Below, piece after piece: positions 16,408-23,648 of a stretch of DNA of 25,471 bases. The translations under genes were made by a program, and so were the position numbers. The notes under the pieces were generated by a model. It was not told the DNA's origin. It did not search any database and was given only the letters and a program-made list of their open reading frames with translations. Positions within the stretch are counted from its first letter, which is position 1. Every line of letters begins with the position of its first letter. The stretch comes from a virus (lineage: Duplodnaviria; Caudoviricetes). The stretch lies in the IMG/VR virus record IMGVR_UViG_3300020043_004494, positions 1 to 25,471 of that record; one strand, 5' to 3'.

Positions 16408-18210
16408 ACCTTCGAAGTTAATCTTCTGTGGCTGTTCTGCTTTGAGAATAGATGTAAACATCGGCTTACTGCTAAACTTGTTTACGAAGCCAGTGTTGAA
16501 CTTATTCATCTCAAACAGCACTGGGTAGTCAAGACTCGTTGGCTCACCACCAGACTCTGTCTCTCTGATCTTGCGTACGTGTACCTCGATGGTGCGTCGC
16601 ATATCGTACTCACTGTGCTGAATCTTGCGGTGGAACGTGAGGAAGTTGTCGCTCTTGTTGACGAACTTGCCGCCACCTTCAGTGTCCTCAGCGTACGGAG
16701 CCTGAGGTAGCCCGTCGTCTCCCTTCCTACGTTGAGCCTCTGTCACTGCGTGAGTGGACAGCCAGAGCGCCATATTGTGGGCCTGAGTAAACTTCAGGAA
16801 CTCTGATGCCGCCTCGTAGTGGTAGTCGTGTGTAGACAGGGCACTGCCGTGGCTCATACGGATGCTCAAGCTGTTGTACGGATCGATAAAGAATCCATCG
16901 TAGTTGCCCTGACGAATAAGCTTCTCTGCGAATATCATCAAGTCGGTGTACGAGTACAGGTTCTTGTTGCTGATGATGGTGAAGTGATCGTTCACCCACT
17001 GGTATGCAATCTTAAGTTCGTGTGGTCGTAGCTCCTTCACTGGCACGTTGGTAGCAAACTGGATGAGCTTCATCTTTACCGCGGCGGTTCTGTTCTCCGC
17101 AGAGTACACTATCCACCTCCAGTTGTGGCGAACAGCAGACGACACAATCATATACATCGTAAACGTAGACTTACCGATGTTTGATATGCCGTTGATGATG
17201 TTGAAGTCACGCTTGAACAGGAAGTGCTCGTCAAGTTTTGTGCATCCAGTGGACAGACCAAGAATAAGTTTGCCGTCAATATAGTCCTGAATCCATCGGT
17301 AGTCTTCGTCGTCTGAGGAGATGAACGACATATCGCCGTCGTTGATCATCATCTCCATCTTGACAGCGTTCTCGTTCTCGAGCACCTCACGGATTGGCAT
17401 CGTCTTACCCTTTTCTAGTCCGTCACGGATGGTGTTCCTTGCTGTTTCAATAGAGTCAACATCACGCTTAAGTATCTCACGCTCAAGTACGTGAATAGCT
17501 TCTTCTTCTTCCATACGACCAACAGCTACGTAGCCACCGCAAAGCATTGCGGCCTTCAGTAGTGTGGCGTGCTTCTCTCCGTCATCTGCACGACGGATCA
17601 TCGATGAGACAACAGCTAACTTGTTGTAGTCGGTGTAGTGGTCCTTCTGTTCAGCCTTCTGTGAGATAGCTTTCTCAGATAGCATCTGTCCAAAGACTCG
17701 TGAGTTCTCGTTGACTACGATGTCCATATCGTAGCTGTCAAAGCAGGCACGAGACTCGTTGATGCCAGTAGGGTCTACCTCAAGTCCGTACTCCTTGTCG
17801 AAGTAGGCTTGCAACGCACGGAAGTGGTCGCGGTGCAGGCTTGGGTTAGACACACGAACAAGGGCCTTCAGTCCCTCACCTGATGGCGATATCCAGCAGG
17901 CAAAGACGTAAGGATCTGTAGACAGTACGTTCTTGCTGTCGACTACATCAATGTGGTCAAAGTCAAGAACAATAAGTGTGCTGTGTTCTGTCAGTGCGTC
18001 GTCACGACGCGATTCAAACTCACCCGCCCATAGGATCACCGGAAGCTTTTTCTTCGCTTCTTTCTGTCCTGATCTTACTTGATCTACCAACGCTCGGTGT
18101 TTCCCACCAGTCGAGATTCTTTGGAGCGCTGAAGCTACCGTTATGTAGGCTGGTGTATCCGTCTGCGTTATGCTTGGGAAGATTGTGATTGATTGGTTGA
18201 GTACGTTCAT
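16384..18210 (-). CDS. Primase-helicase: BT4734/VirE-N-like N-terminal domain plus DnaB-like SF4 helicase
   Basis: KKKLP....G.F..R, LDFDH, ISPSGEGLK in the N-terminal part; Walker A GISNIGKST, YSAEN, FIDPYN, STH and GGGKFVNKSD in the C-terminal part. Confidence 0.85.
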   Translation of the reverse strand: MNVLNQSITIFPSITQTDTPAYITVASALQRISTGGKHRALVDQVRSGQKEAKKKLPVILWAGEFESRRDDALTEHSTLIVLDFDHIDVVDSKNVLSTDPYVFACWISPSGEGLKALVRVSNPSLHRDHFRALQAYFDKEYGLEVDPTGINESRACFDSYDMDIVVNENSRVFGQMLSEKAISQKAEQKDHYTDYNKLAVVSSMIRRADDGEKHATLLKAAMLCGGYVAVGRMEEEEAIHVLEREILKRDVDSIETARNTIRDGLEKGKTMPIREVLENENAVKMEMMINDGDMSFISSDDEDYRWIQDYIDGKLILGLSTGCTKLDEHFLFKRDFNIINGISNIGKSTFTMYMIVSSAVRHNWRWIVYSAENRTAAVKMKLIQFATNVPVKELRPHELKIAYQWVNDHFTIISNKNLYSYTDLMIFAEKLIRQGNYDGFFIDPYNSLSIRMSHGSALSTHDYHYEAASEFLKFTQAHNMALWLSTHAVTEAQRRKGDDGLPQAPYAEDTEGGGKFVNKSDNFLTFHRKIQHSEYDMRRTIEVHVRKIRETESGGEPTSLDYPVLFEMNKFNTGFVNKFSSKPMFTSILKAEQPQKINFEGVAYSEAF

Positions 18211-18466
18211 CTTCAATTGCGATTTTAAGTAGGATTAGGTAGCCTATGAGATCCTGAACTGTGTCTTCAGTTGCATCGTTGAGTCCCTTGTTTTTAATCC
18301 GCATCAACTTGTCGTCGATTCGGCAGGCGATGTTCTCGACAGCTGAACCACGAGCAAAGATGTTGGACGGCTTAAGTGCTGAGTCTCCGTATGCTGCGTT
18401 CTTCTGTAGGAGTAAGTCGCGTACGGAATTAGTTACCTCTATGATTCTTTCTGACGTTGGCTTCAT
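18020..18466 (-). CDS. DUF1599/nucleotide-modification-associated domain 1 (Nmad1)-like protein
   Basis: LLQKNAAYGDS, RIDDKLMRI and DTVQDLIGY motifs. Start placed at ATG 18466; the C-terminal tail overlaps the primase gene. Confidence 0.75.
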   Translation of the reverse strand: MKPTSERIIEVTNSVRDLLLQKNAAYGDSALKPSNIFARGSAVENIACRIDDKLMRIKNKGLNDATEDTVQDLIGYLILLKIAIEDERTQPINHNLPKHNADGYTSLHNGSFSAPKNLDWWETPSVGRSSKIRTERSEEKASGDPMGG

Positions 18467-18692
18467 ATTGAATTGCTTTACTGCGAAGTTGATCTTTTGC
18501 GGTGTCAAATGTATTCCAACCTTCCGAGATACGCAAGTTGCAAAGGAAATCATATCTACCTGACTTTGCTACCCTGAACAGGCCAAGATAGAATGGACAG
18601 TTTGGTTGGTCAAAGCTCATCGTGACGATGGCGTACGAACCAATGCGGTCGTACTCGGTGTGGTTTACACCATACTGCTTCCAAGTCTTCAT
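18429..18692 (-). CDS. Hypothetical protein, 87 aa
   Basis: ATGA coupling to the MazG-like gene; fills the operon. Confidence 0.65.
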   Translation of the reverse strand: MKTWKQYGVNHTEYDRIGSYAIVTMSFDQPNCPFYLGLFRVAKSGRYDFLCNLRISEGWNTFDTAKDQLRSKAIQYEANVRKNHRGN

Positions 18693-18991
18693 TGCTCCTT
18701 GATGAATACGCCGTCAACGGTCTTGCCCTTGCGGTCCTTGATCTCGTTGTATGCAGACTGAAGGCAGTCGTGTGCGCTGAACCCTGACTGAGCAGCGAGG
18801 ATGATCAGCGTAACGATTGAGTCACCAATGCCGTCCTTCAGTTCGTCGTGCTTACCACGAGCAAGTGCGGCCATAGTTTCACCAACCTCTTCCATAACCT
18901 TCAGTGCCTGACGGCCGCGATTCTCTGGGCTGATGATGTTGCGTTGTTCTGCCCACTCTTCGATGGCTAGAAATAGTTCTCCTGTTGTCAT
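18689..18991 (-). CDS. MazG-like nucleotide pyrophosphohydrolase
   Basis: WAEQRNI, KVMEEVGE, KDGIGD and AYNEIKDRKG...DGVFIK. Confidence 0.88.
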   Translation of the reverse strand: MTTGELFLAIEEWAEQRNIISPENRGRQALKVMEEVGETMAALARGKHDELKDGIGDSIVTLIILAAQSGFSAHDCLQSAYNEIKDRKGKTVDGVFIKEQ

Positions 18992-19146
18992 TGTAGGTCT
19001 TCTTGAAAAATGTAACCTTCGTGAAGTTCGTAGTTGATATTGTTAAACACCATCTCTGTGTTCTCATTATCTTTTACTGTTAGTTGAATCTCTTGTGTTC
19101 CAATCTTGATTACAAGTGTTTCTCCAATGTTTGCTTCTATTTTCAT
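18988..19146 (-). CDS. Hypothetical protein, 52 aa
   Basis: ATG 19146 has an ATGA overlap with the upstream 51-aa ORF, and the stop has an ATGA overlap with the MazG-like gene. Confidence 0.6.
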   Translation of the reverse strand: MKIEANIGETLVIKIGTQEIQLTVKDNENTEMVFNNINYELHEGYIFQEDLQ

Positions 19147-19298
19147 TGTTGTGTTTCTAAAATTAAACTGAGGGCTTGCACGTATCCATTCCAGTACATC
19201 TCCTGCTCTCGCTGGCGATTGTATTTGCATACGTTGCGGTTGTACTGAGCCTTGCGGTACTGCTCGGCCAGTGTTCTTTTATTTTTGATTGTCTCCAT
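19143..19298 (-). CDS. Hypothetical protein, 51 aa (METIKNKRTLAEQYRKAQYNRNVCKYNRQREQEMYWNGYVQALSLILETQQ)
   Basis: Hand-translated; fills the gap between neighbours with overlaps at both ends. Absent from the ORF track. Confidence 0.65.
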   Translation of the reverse strand: METIKNKRTLAEQYRKAQYNRNVCKYNRQREQEMYWNGYVQALSLILETQQ

Positions 19299-19578
19299 AC
19301 CAGTCTGAATACTTTAATCCGTACATTACATTAAACATTCTCATCTCTATATCTGCAAGCTTCTTGTTGAGCTTCATATTCTTCTGTAGGTACTCCATCC
19401 CCCACTCCTTCCACTGCTCGGCCTGAGCAACGGTCATAGTCCAGTCGGTGTACCAGTCGTCTGTCCGTCCCTTGATGTCATCATAGGTTACGTTGTGGCC
19501 TGCAATCTCAAACATCTTATTGATGAGGTCTTCACTTGCCTTGTTCCACTTCTCTTGTTTGGTTAGTCTCTTTGCCAT
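19279..19578 (-). CDS. Hypothetical phage protein, 99 aa
   Basis: ATG 19578 after an A-rich leader (AACAACACAAAAT); Trp-rich, globular-looking sequence. Confidence 0.7.
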   Translation of the reverse strand: MAKRLTKQEKWNKASEDLINKMFEIAGHNVTYDDIKGRTDDWYTDWTMTVAQAEQWKEWGMEYLQKNMKLNKKLADIEMRMFNVMYGLKYSDWYGDNQK

Positions 19579-19636
19579 ATTTTGTGTTGTTTTCGGACAT
19601 ATCCGAATTGGTACATAATCTGCCAAAACTATGTTT

Positions 19637-20389
19637 TTACTGCACATTTGGCGAGATATGGATTTCGTGTGCCGTTATCTCTCCGTCCTCGTAGGTGATG
19701 TACCCACCTGATTCCATAGCGTCAACAAGGTAGTATCGTCCACCCATAGACTTGTTGCAGGCTACGATGCTGTCGAAGATATTCTTCACTTGGGTGTGTC
19801 CAACAATCTGAATGAACATCTTCTTCAGGCCGCCCTCACCCTTGTTGCAGCCCATCAGTGAACGTGGCCGTATCCAAAGCGGTCCCTGCTTCGGTGAGTC
19901 TCCGTATGGGTCAAAGCTGTCTTGGCTGAAGTTGAATGCATTTGGCTGATGCTTGTACTTATCGTTGAGCAGTTCAACCAAGTTGTCTACGTTCCACTCC
20001 AACCCAAACGTATTGTCCATCCACACTGGGCTTACCCCTGCGTGAGAGAACAGCAGTTCGTCAAGCGAGTATGCAATCTGAATGTGATGCATATTCTTGG
20101 TCAGTGCATCCTGAAAGTCCCACTTGTGTGCGGCCTTGTACCCGCTGTAGGTCTCGCCTACATCAAGGTAGTGGTGGTCGTGGTTGCCTATGAGCATCAC
20201 AACCTCCTTGTCGGTAGACTCTTTGAAGCGAATGATTTCATTGAAGTTGTGCAACTGCTCAACACCGCTGATGTCAAACGAATCAAAGTAGTCACCCATA
20301 AAGACGATGCGACCTGCGTCTGGGTGTGCGTCAATCGCTTGCTTCCAGTTAGTGCGTCCGTGGGTGTCCCCTAAGATTATTGTTTTCAT
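19637..20389 (-). CDS. Calcineurin-like metallophosphoesterase
   Basis: GDTHG, GDYFD, GNHD, SHAG and GHT motifs. Confidence 0.9.
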   Translation of the reverse strand: MKTIILGDTHGRTNWKQAIDAHPDAGRIVFMGDYFDSFDISGVEQLHNFNEIIRFKESTDKEVVMLIGNHDHHYLDVGETYSGYKAAHKWDFQDALTKNMHHIQIAYSLDELLFSHAGVSPVWMDNTFGLEWNVDNLVELLNDKYKHQPNAFNFSQDSFDPYGDSPKQGPLWIRPRSLMGCNKGEGGLKKMFIQIVGHTQVKNIFDSIVACNKSMGGRYYLVDAMESGGYITYEDGEITAHEIHISPNVQ

Positions 20390-20501
20390 AGACTGATTGT
20401 AAGGTTGTAACTGATTTATTGGATATGAAAAAAGACTCCGTTAATCAGGGCGGTAGCTTGCCGCTTGCTGAAACCTAATGCGCCATAAGCGGGCGGAGTT
20501 C

Positions 20502-20735
20502 TCATTTCTCTTTGGTGTTAAAGGTTTCGTTGTAGTACGTTTCGCCCATCCATTGCACAAGACCTTCTTCATTGTAATCCCAACCTTGTTTAACTGCATT
20601 CTCAATAACCTCTTTCTCTTTCTCAAGCATTTCTTGTTCATTTTCAAGCAACATATCTATTGAGAATGCCAATCCGTACTCGTCCTTTCTTGACGCTTTC
20701 AGTTGGTCAAACATTTCTTGCATTGGTGTCTTCAT
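20502..20735 (-). CDS. Hypothetical protein, 77 aa, ending in ETFNTKEK
   Basis: MKTPMQE...LEKEKE.I..A...YYNETF pattern. The start lies in one repeat copy and the stop in the other. Confidence 0.8.
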   Translation of the reverse strand: MKTPMQEMFDQLKASRKDEYGLAFSIDMLLENEQEMLEKEKEVIENAVKQGWDYNEEGLVQWMGETYYNETFNTKEK

Positions 20736-20757
20736 TTCTCTTTTGTGTTAAAGGTTT
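20502..20757 (-). repeat. 26-bp direct repeat pair AAACCTTTAACAC(C/A)AAAGAGAAATGA
   Basis: Copies at 20502-20527 and 20732-20757, 25/26 identical, 230 bp apart. Confidence 0.9.
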
Positions 20758-21005
20758 TGAATTTGACCCAAGTACTTAGTTACATCATCTTCAGTCAGAT
20801 ATCCAATCACATCATCAGTAATAGGAGTATCATAGCAAATAGCATCATCTTTTATAACTGCTAATTCGTATAAATCCTGATTACCTCCGTAGCTGTACGG
20901 AGATCTAATAACACTAGCTCCGTACCCGTTATCAAAATTGATACGTGCTTGAATACCTACATCAAATTGCATAGGTTGAAAATCTAAGTCATTAAATGTT
21001 TTCAT
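20748..21005 (-). CDS. Hypothetical phage protein, 85 aa
   Basis: FDNGYGASV...SYGG..DLYELAV...YDTPITDDVIGYL pattern, recalled from many phages; start placed at ATG 21005. Confidence 0.75.
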   Translation of the reverse strand: MKTFNDLDFQPMQFDVGIQARINFDNGYGASVIRSPYSYGGNQDLYELAVIKDDAICYDTPITDDVIGYLTEDDVTKYLGQIQNL

Positions 21006-21630
21006 CTTCTTCTTTATTTTGTAATTTTTCCAATTGTTCTTCAAGGTGTTTGATGACAGTGAAAATAATTTTAGCATCTGGGTCAGGCTCGTACATAGCA
21101 ATGTCTCGCATTAGCTTAGCTCTGTATCCTTCATTGTAGTATCCCTGTTCAATCCAACTTGCTAAATTCTGCATGTGTTCAGTTCCTGAGATTGAAATAC
21201 GTAAATCGTAATCACACCACTTGGTTTTCCAGTCCCAAAACATAATACCTTTAGTTAGTTTTCGGTGTAGATCATGTAGTCTACGATTACGAACACGAAC
21301 CAATGATTTATCATTTCCAAACACGTGTAGGAAACGTAGAAACCATCTTGGACACCACCAAGGTTTTGCTTCATAATCCATTACTAATACAAGTGGTAGC
21401 AATACTTTATTGAATTCACTATCCTTGTAGAATGTGATGTTCAAGTATCCGTACTTGTCCCATTTAGCTGGGAAGAAGATATAACGAATATCACTCCATT
21501 CTAAATTACGAGTGGTGATATACTTCATCTTACGACCTTTCCAAAATAGGATAGTGTACTTTAAATCTTCCAATCGCTCTTTAAGCGTTGGTTTAGGAGG
21601 TGGAGTAAAAAATTTACTATTTTTGTTCAT
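20992..21630 (-). CDS. Hypothetical protein, 212 aa
   Basis: Long operon-consistent ORF, aromatic and basic (KPWWCPRWFLRFLH). Confidence 0.75.
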   Translation of the reverse strand: MNKNSKFFTPPPKPTLKERLEDLKYTILFWKGRKMKYITTRNLEWSDIRYIFFPAKWDKYGYLNITFYKDSEFNKVLLPLVLVMDYEAKPWWCPRWFLRFLHVFGNDKSLVRVRNRRLHDLHRKLTKGIMFWDWKTKWCDYDLRISISGTEHMQNLASWIEQGYYNEGYRAKLMRDIAMYEPDPDAKIIFTVIKHLEEQLEKLQNKEEDENI

Positions 21631-21632
21631 AA

Positions 21633-22319
21633 CTAAATAAATTCTAATTCGTTTGTTTCAGGATCCCAATCAATAGTAATTGGTTTGTTAGCGTATTTGT
21701 ATTTTTCATTCAACACAGCAGCATTAATGAAGTGTGTACCTTCGTGGAACTTGTAACCATAACCTGAATGAACGTGACCAAACACGTGAATTTTAGGTTT
21801 TAATTCATCTACTCGAGCACGAAGCAACTCACAACCAACATTTAAGTTACCATAAGGGGTAACATCTAAGTGCTCAAATGGAGGACCATGAGTTACCAAA
21901 ATATCAGTGTCATTTGGAATATCCTTCCATTTCAATTCCAACTCCCAACCATTTCGAGGCAAATTAAAAGCCCAATCGTAAAATTCTGGTTGCCAAGGTG
22001 AACCATAAATTTTTACCCCATCAATAACGTGAGACTGGTCTTGTAAGTAAATTAATCCACCACTGTAAGCATCCATCAACTGTTTAGCCAAATCAGGATA
22101 ATCTTCAAACAATCGATCGTGATTACCAGCAATAAACACTCGGTGTTTGTAATCCATTGTAAGCAATGAACTATACCAATTTACAAAATCAGCTACGTCT
22201 TGTGACTCATAACCTGAATTCATAAAATCACCAGCGTGAATGATCAAATCACCACCAGGAAGATCTTTATTGATTTCCCTGTGTTTAGTATGAGTGTCGC
22301 TGATGAATGTGATTTTCAT
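21633..22319 (-). CDS. Metallophosphoesterase (239FB/MPPED-like)
   Basis: ISDTH, IHAGD, IAGNHD, IYGSPW.P, THGPP and FGHVH motifs. Confidence 0.9.
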   Translation of the reverse strand: MKITFISDTHTKHREINKDLPGGDLIIHAGDFMNSGYESQDVADFVNWYSSLLTMDYKHRVFIAGNHDRLFEDYPDLAKQLMDAYSGGLIYLQDQSHVIDGVKIYGSPWQPEFYDWAFNLPRNGWELELKWKDIPNDTDILVTHGPPFEHLDVTPYGNLNVGCELLRARVDELKPKIHVFGHVHSGYGYKFHEGTHFINAAVLNEKYKYANKPITIDWDPETNELEFI

Positions 22320-22320
22320 T

Positions 22321-22392
22321 TTATTTGGTTTTAGGCATTCGCTCTAGGATTGCCATTAAGAGAACAATAACTATAATTCCAATTACTATCAT
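22321..22392 (-). CDS. Small membrane peptide, 23 aa (MIVIGIIVIVLLMAILERMPKTK)
   Basis: First ATG after promoter 22407-22438, with an A-rich leader. Single hydrophobic helix plus basic tail; the stop lies 1 nt before the next ATG. Confidence 0.55.
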   Translation of the reverse strand: MIVIGIIVIVLLMAILERMPKTK

Positions 22393-22406
22393 AACTTTTA
22401 TTTTGC

Positions 22407-22438
22407 TAAATATAACATCTTATTTTGCAGTATCCAAA
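22407..22438 (-). promoter_or_regulatory. Promoter TTTGG-N19-TATATTTA (copy 1)
   Basis: Same boxes and exact 19-nt spacer as the copies at 23138 and 23598. Confidence 0.75.
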
Positions 22439-22716
22439 CTCTCAACAACAGGTTTTACTGTGTCTTTAACTACAGGTACTGGTGGAGGCACAGGTGTTGG
22501 TTTGACAACTGGAGCCGATTTAACTACAACAGGTACTGGTTTAGTTTCTTGGACTACAATTACAGTATCTGGTTTTTCTACTTCAACTACTTCTTCTACA
22601 ACTTCAGGTTTTGAAGCTAAAGTAGCCCAAAAAATCAAAATAGCACCAATTACTAAAATGATAGGAGATAGTACTGTAAGAGTACCTACAATTTGGAGAT
22701 GTTTAAACTTGTTCAT
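22420..22716 (-). CDS. Membrane-anchored Pro/Val/Glu-rich protein, 98 aa
   Basis: N-terminal transmembrane helix followed by a low-complexity extended stalk. Confidence 0.7.
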   Translation of the reverse strand: MNKFKHLQIVGTLTVLSPIILVIGAILIFWATLASKPEVVEEVVEVEKPDTVIVVQETKPVPVVVKSAPVVKPTPVPPPVPVVKDTVKPVVESLDTAK

Positions 22717-23119
22717 TAAGCAGGTTTTGGTAAATGTTAGACAATGAGTGTTTAATATTAGCTCGAATTTCAGTCTCCATTACATTACGGCGTGCCTCTA
22801 CTTCCATATCAAACATTCGAATCAAACGCTCATGAGATTTACCCTCCATTGGAATAACATAGCTGTAGGAGTGGTTTACAATTGTAACCAAGTGTCCATC
22901 AATAATAACATGGATTTGATTATCTTTACTTCTAATGTAACGTTTACCTGAGATAGGTGACATTAGCAATGTACTTGTTTTTCGAGCTGATAGTCGCTTA
23001 CAAATAGCGAGTGCTTCTGCCTCGTATTCATTTTTAGGTGCTTCGTATTTGCTTGGATCTGTCATTCGAAGCAATCCAATAGCTACCTTTTGAGTAAAAC
23101 GTTTAAACCTGTGATTCAT
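22703..23119 (-). CDS. Hypothetical protein, 138 aa
   Basis: Directly downstream of promoter copy 2, with an AAATAAAGG leader. Confidence 0.75.
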   Translation of the reverse strand: MNHRFKRFTQKVAIGLLRMTDPSKYEAPKNEYEAEALAICKRLSARKTSTLLMSPISGKRYIRSKDNQIHVIIDGHLVTIVNHSYSYVIPMEGKSHERLIRMFDMEVEARRNVMETEIRANIKHSLSNIYQNLLNEQV

Positions 23120-23137
23120 GACCTTTATTTATTTGTC

Positions 23138-23169
23138 TAAATATATAAAATATAGTTGGGTAAGCCAAA
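23138..23169 (-). promoter_or_regulatory. Promoter TTTGG-N19-TATATTTA (copy 2)
   Basis: Intergenic, with exact motif and spacing. Confidence 0.75.
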
Positions 23170-23170
23170 C

Positions 23171-23581
23171 CTATTCATAGAAATAATAAACTTTCTTATG
23201 GGCTTCAACATAAATGCCAATTTTAAACATCCCGTTAATTGTACTAGCAATAATCAAAACTGGTGCTTGAATTTTTTCATTGTATGAATCCATTACCACC
23301 ATTGAAACACCGTCTCGCTCTTCAATTCTAGTTTTATTTACTCGGTAAGTAATACTGCCTGAAGTAACAAATCCTTCTCCAGTTGATTCATCCAACACAA
23401 TATCCCAAATTGCTCCTTGCTCGTGGTAATCATGATTATCAAAGAATAGTGTTTGTTGGTCTACCTGACTCCATATCATTGCTGAGGTAAAAGCATAGTG
23501 AGTGGTTTTATGCCACTTTTGTAGTTGCCCAAACGAGCTAAACGTTGCCAATAAGGCAACCATTGTTAATAGTTTTTTCAT
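23171..23581 (-). CDS. Secreted beta-rich protein, 136 aa
   Basis: Signal peptide MKKLLTMVALLATFSSFG followed by Gln, a typical Bacteroidota cleavage site. Confidence 0.75.
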   Translation of the reverse strand: MKKLLTMVALLATFSSFGQLQKWHKTTHYAFTSAMIWSQVDQQTLFFDNHDYHEQGAIWDIVLDESTGEGFVTSGSITYRVNKTRIEERDGVSMVVMDSYNEKIQAPVLIIASTINGMFKIGIYVEAHKKVYYFYE

Positions 23582-23597
23582 TTTTCCTTTATTTATG

Positions 23598-23629
23598 TAA
23601 ATATAAGAAGCCCCTTTCGGGGCTCCAAA
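23598..23629 (-). promoter_or_regulatory. Promoter TTTGG-N19-TATATTTA (copy 3)
   Basis: Intergenic, exact motif; the spacer is a GC hairpin. Confidence 0.75.
23599..23624 (-). terminator. Terminator-like hairpin after the lipoprotein gene
   Basis: Minus strand AGCCCC-GAAA-GGGGCT followed by TCTTATATTT. Confidence 0.6.
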
Positions 23630-23648
23630 TATTAATATGTTATTGAGT

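Noticed and set aside
19922-20374. 150-aa plus-strand ORF, and similar antisense ORFs over nrdA, nrdB and the helicase
   Set aside because: They lie antisense to well-supported genes, have no motifs and are expected from codon bias.
20502-20757. CRISPR array or insertion-sequence ends
   Set aside because: Only two direct copies separated by a whole gene; no spacer-sized periodicity, cas gene or transposase.
22325-22747. 140-aa plus-strand Thr/Gly-rich ORF
   Set aside because: It is the antisense shadow of the Pro/Val-rich and hydrophobic minus-strand genes, which have promoters and operon context.
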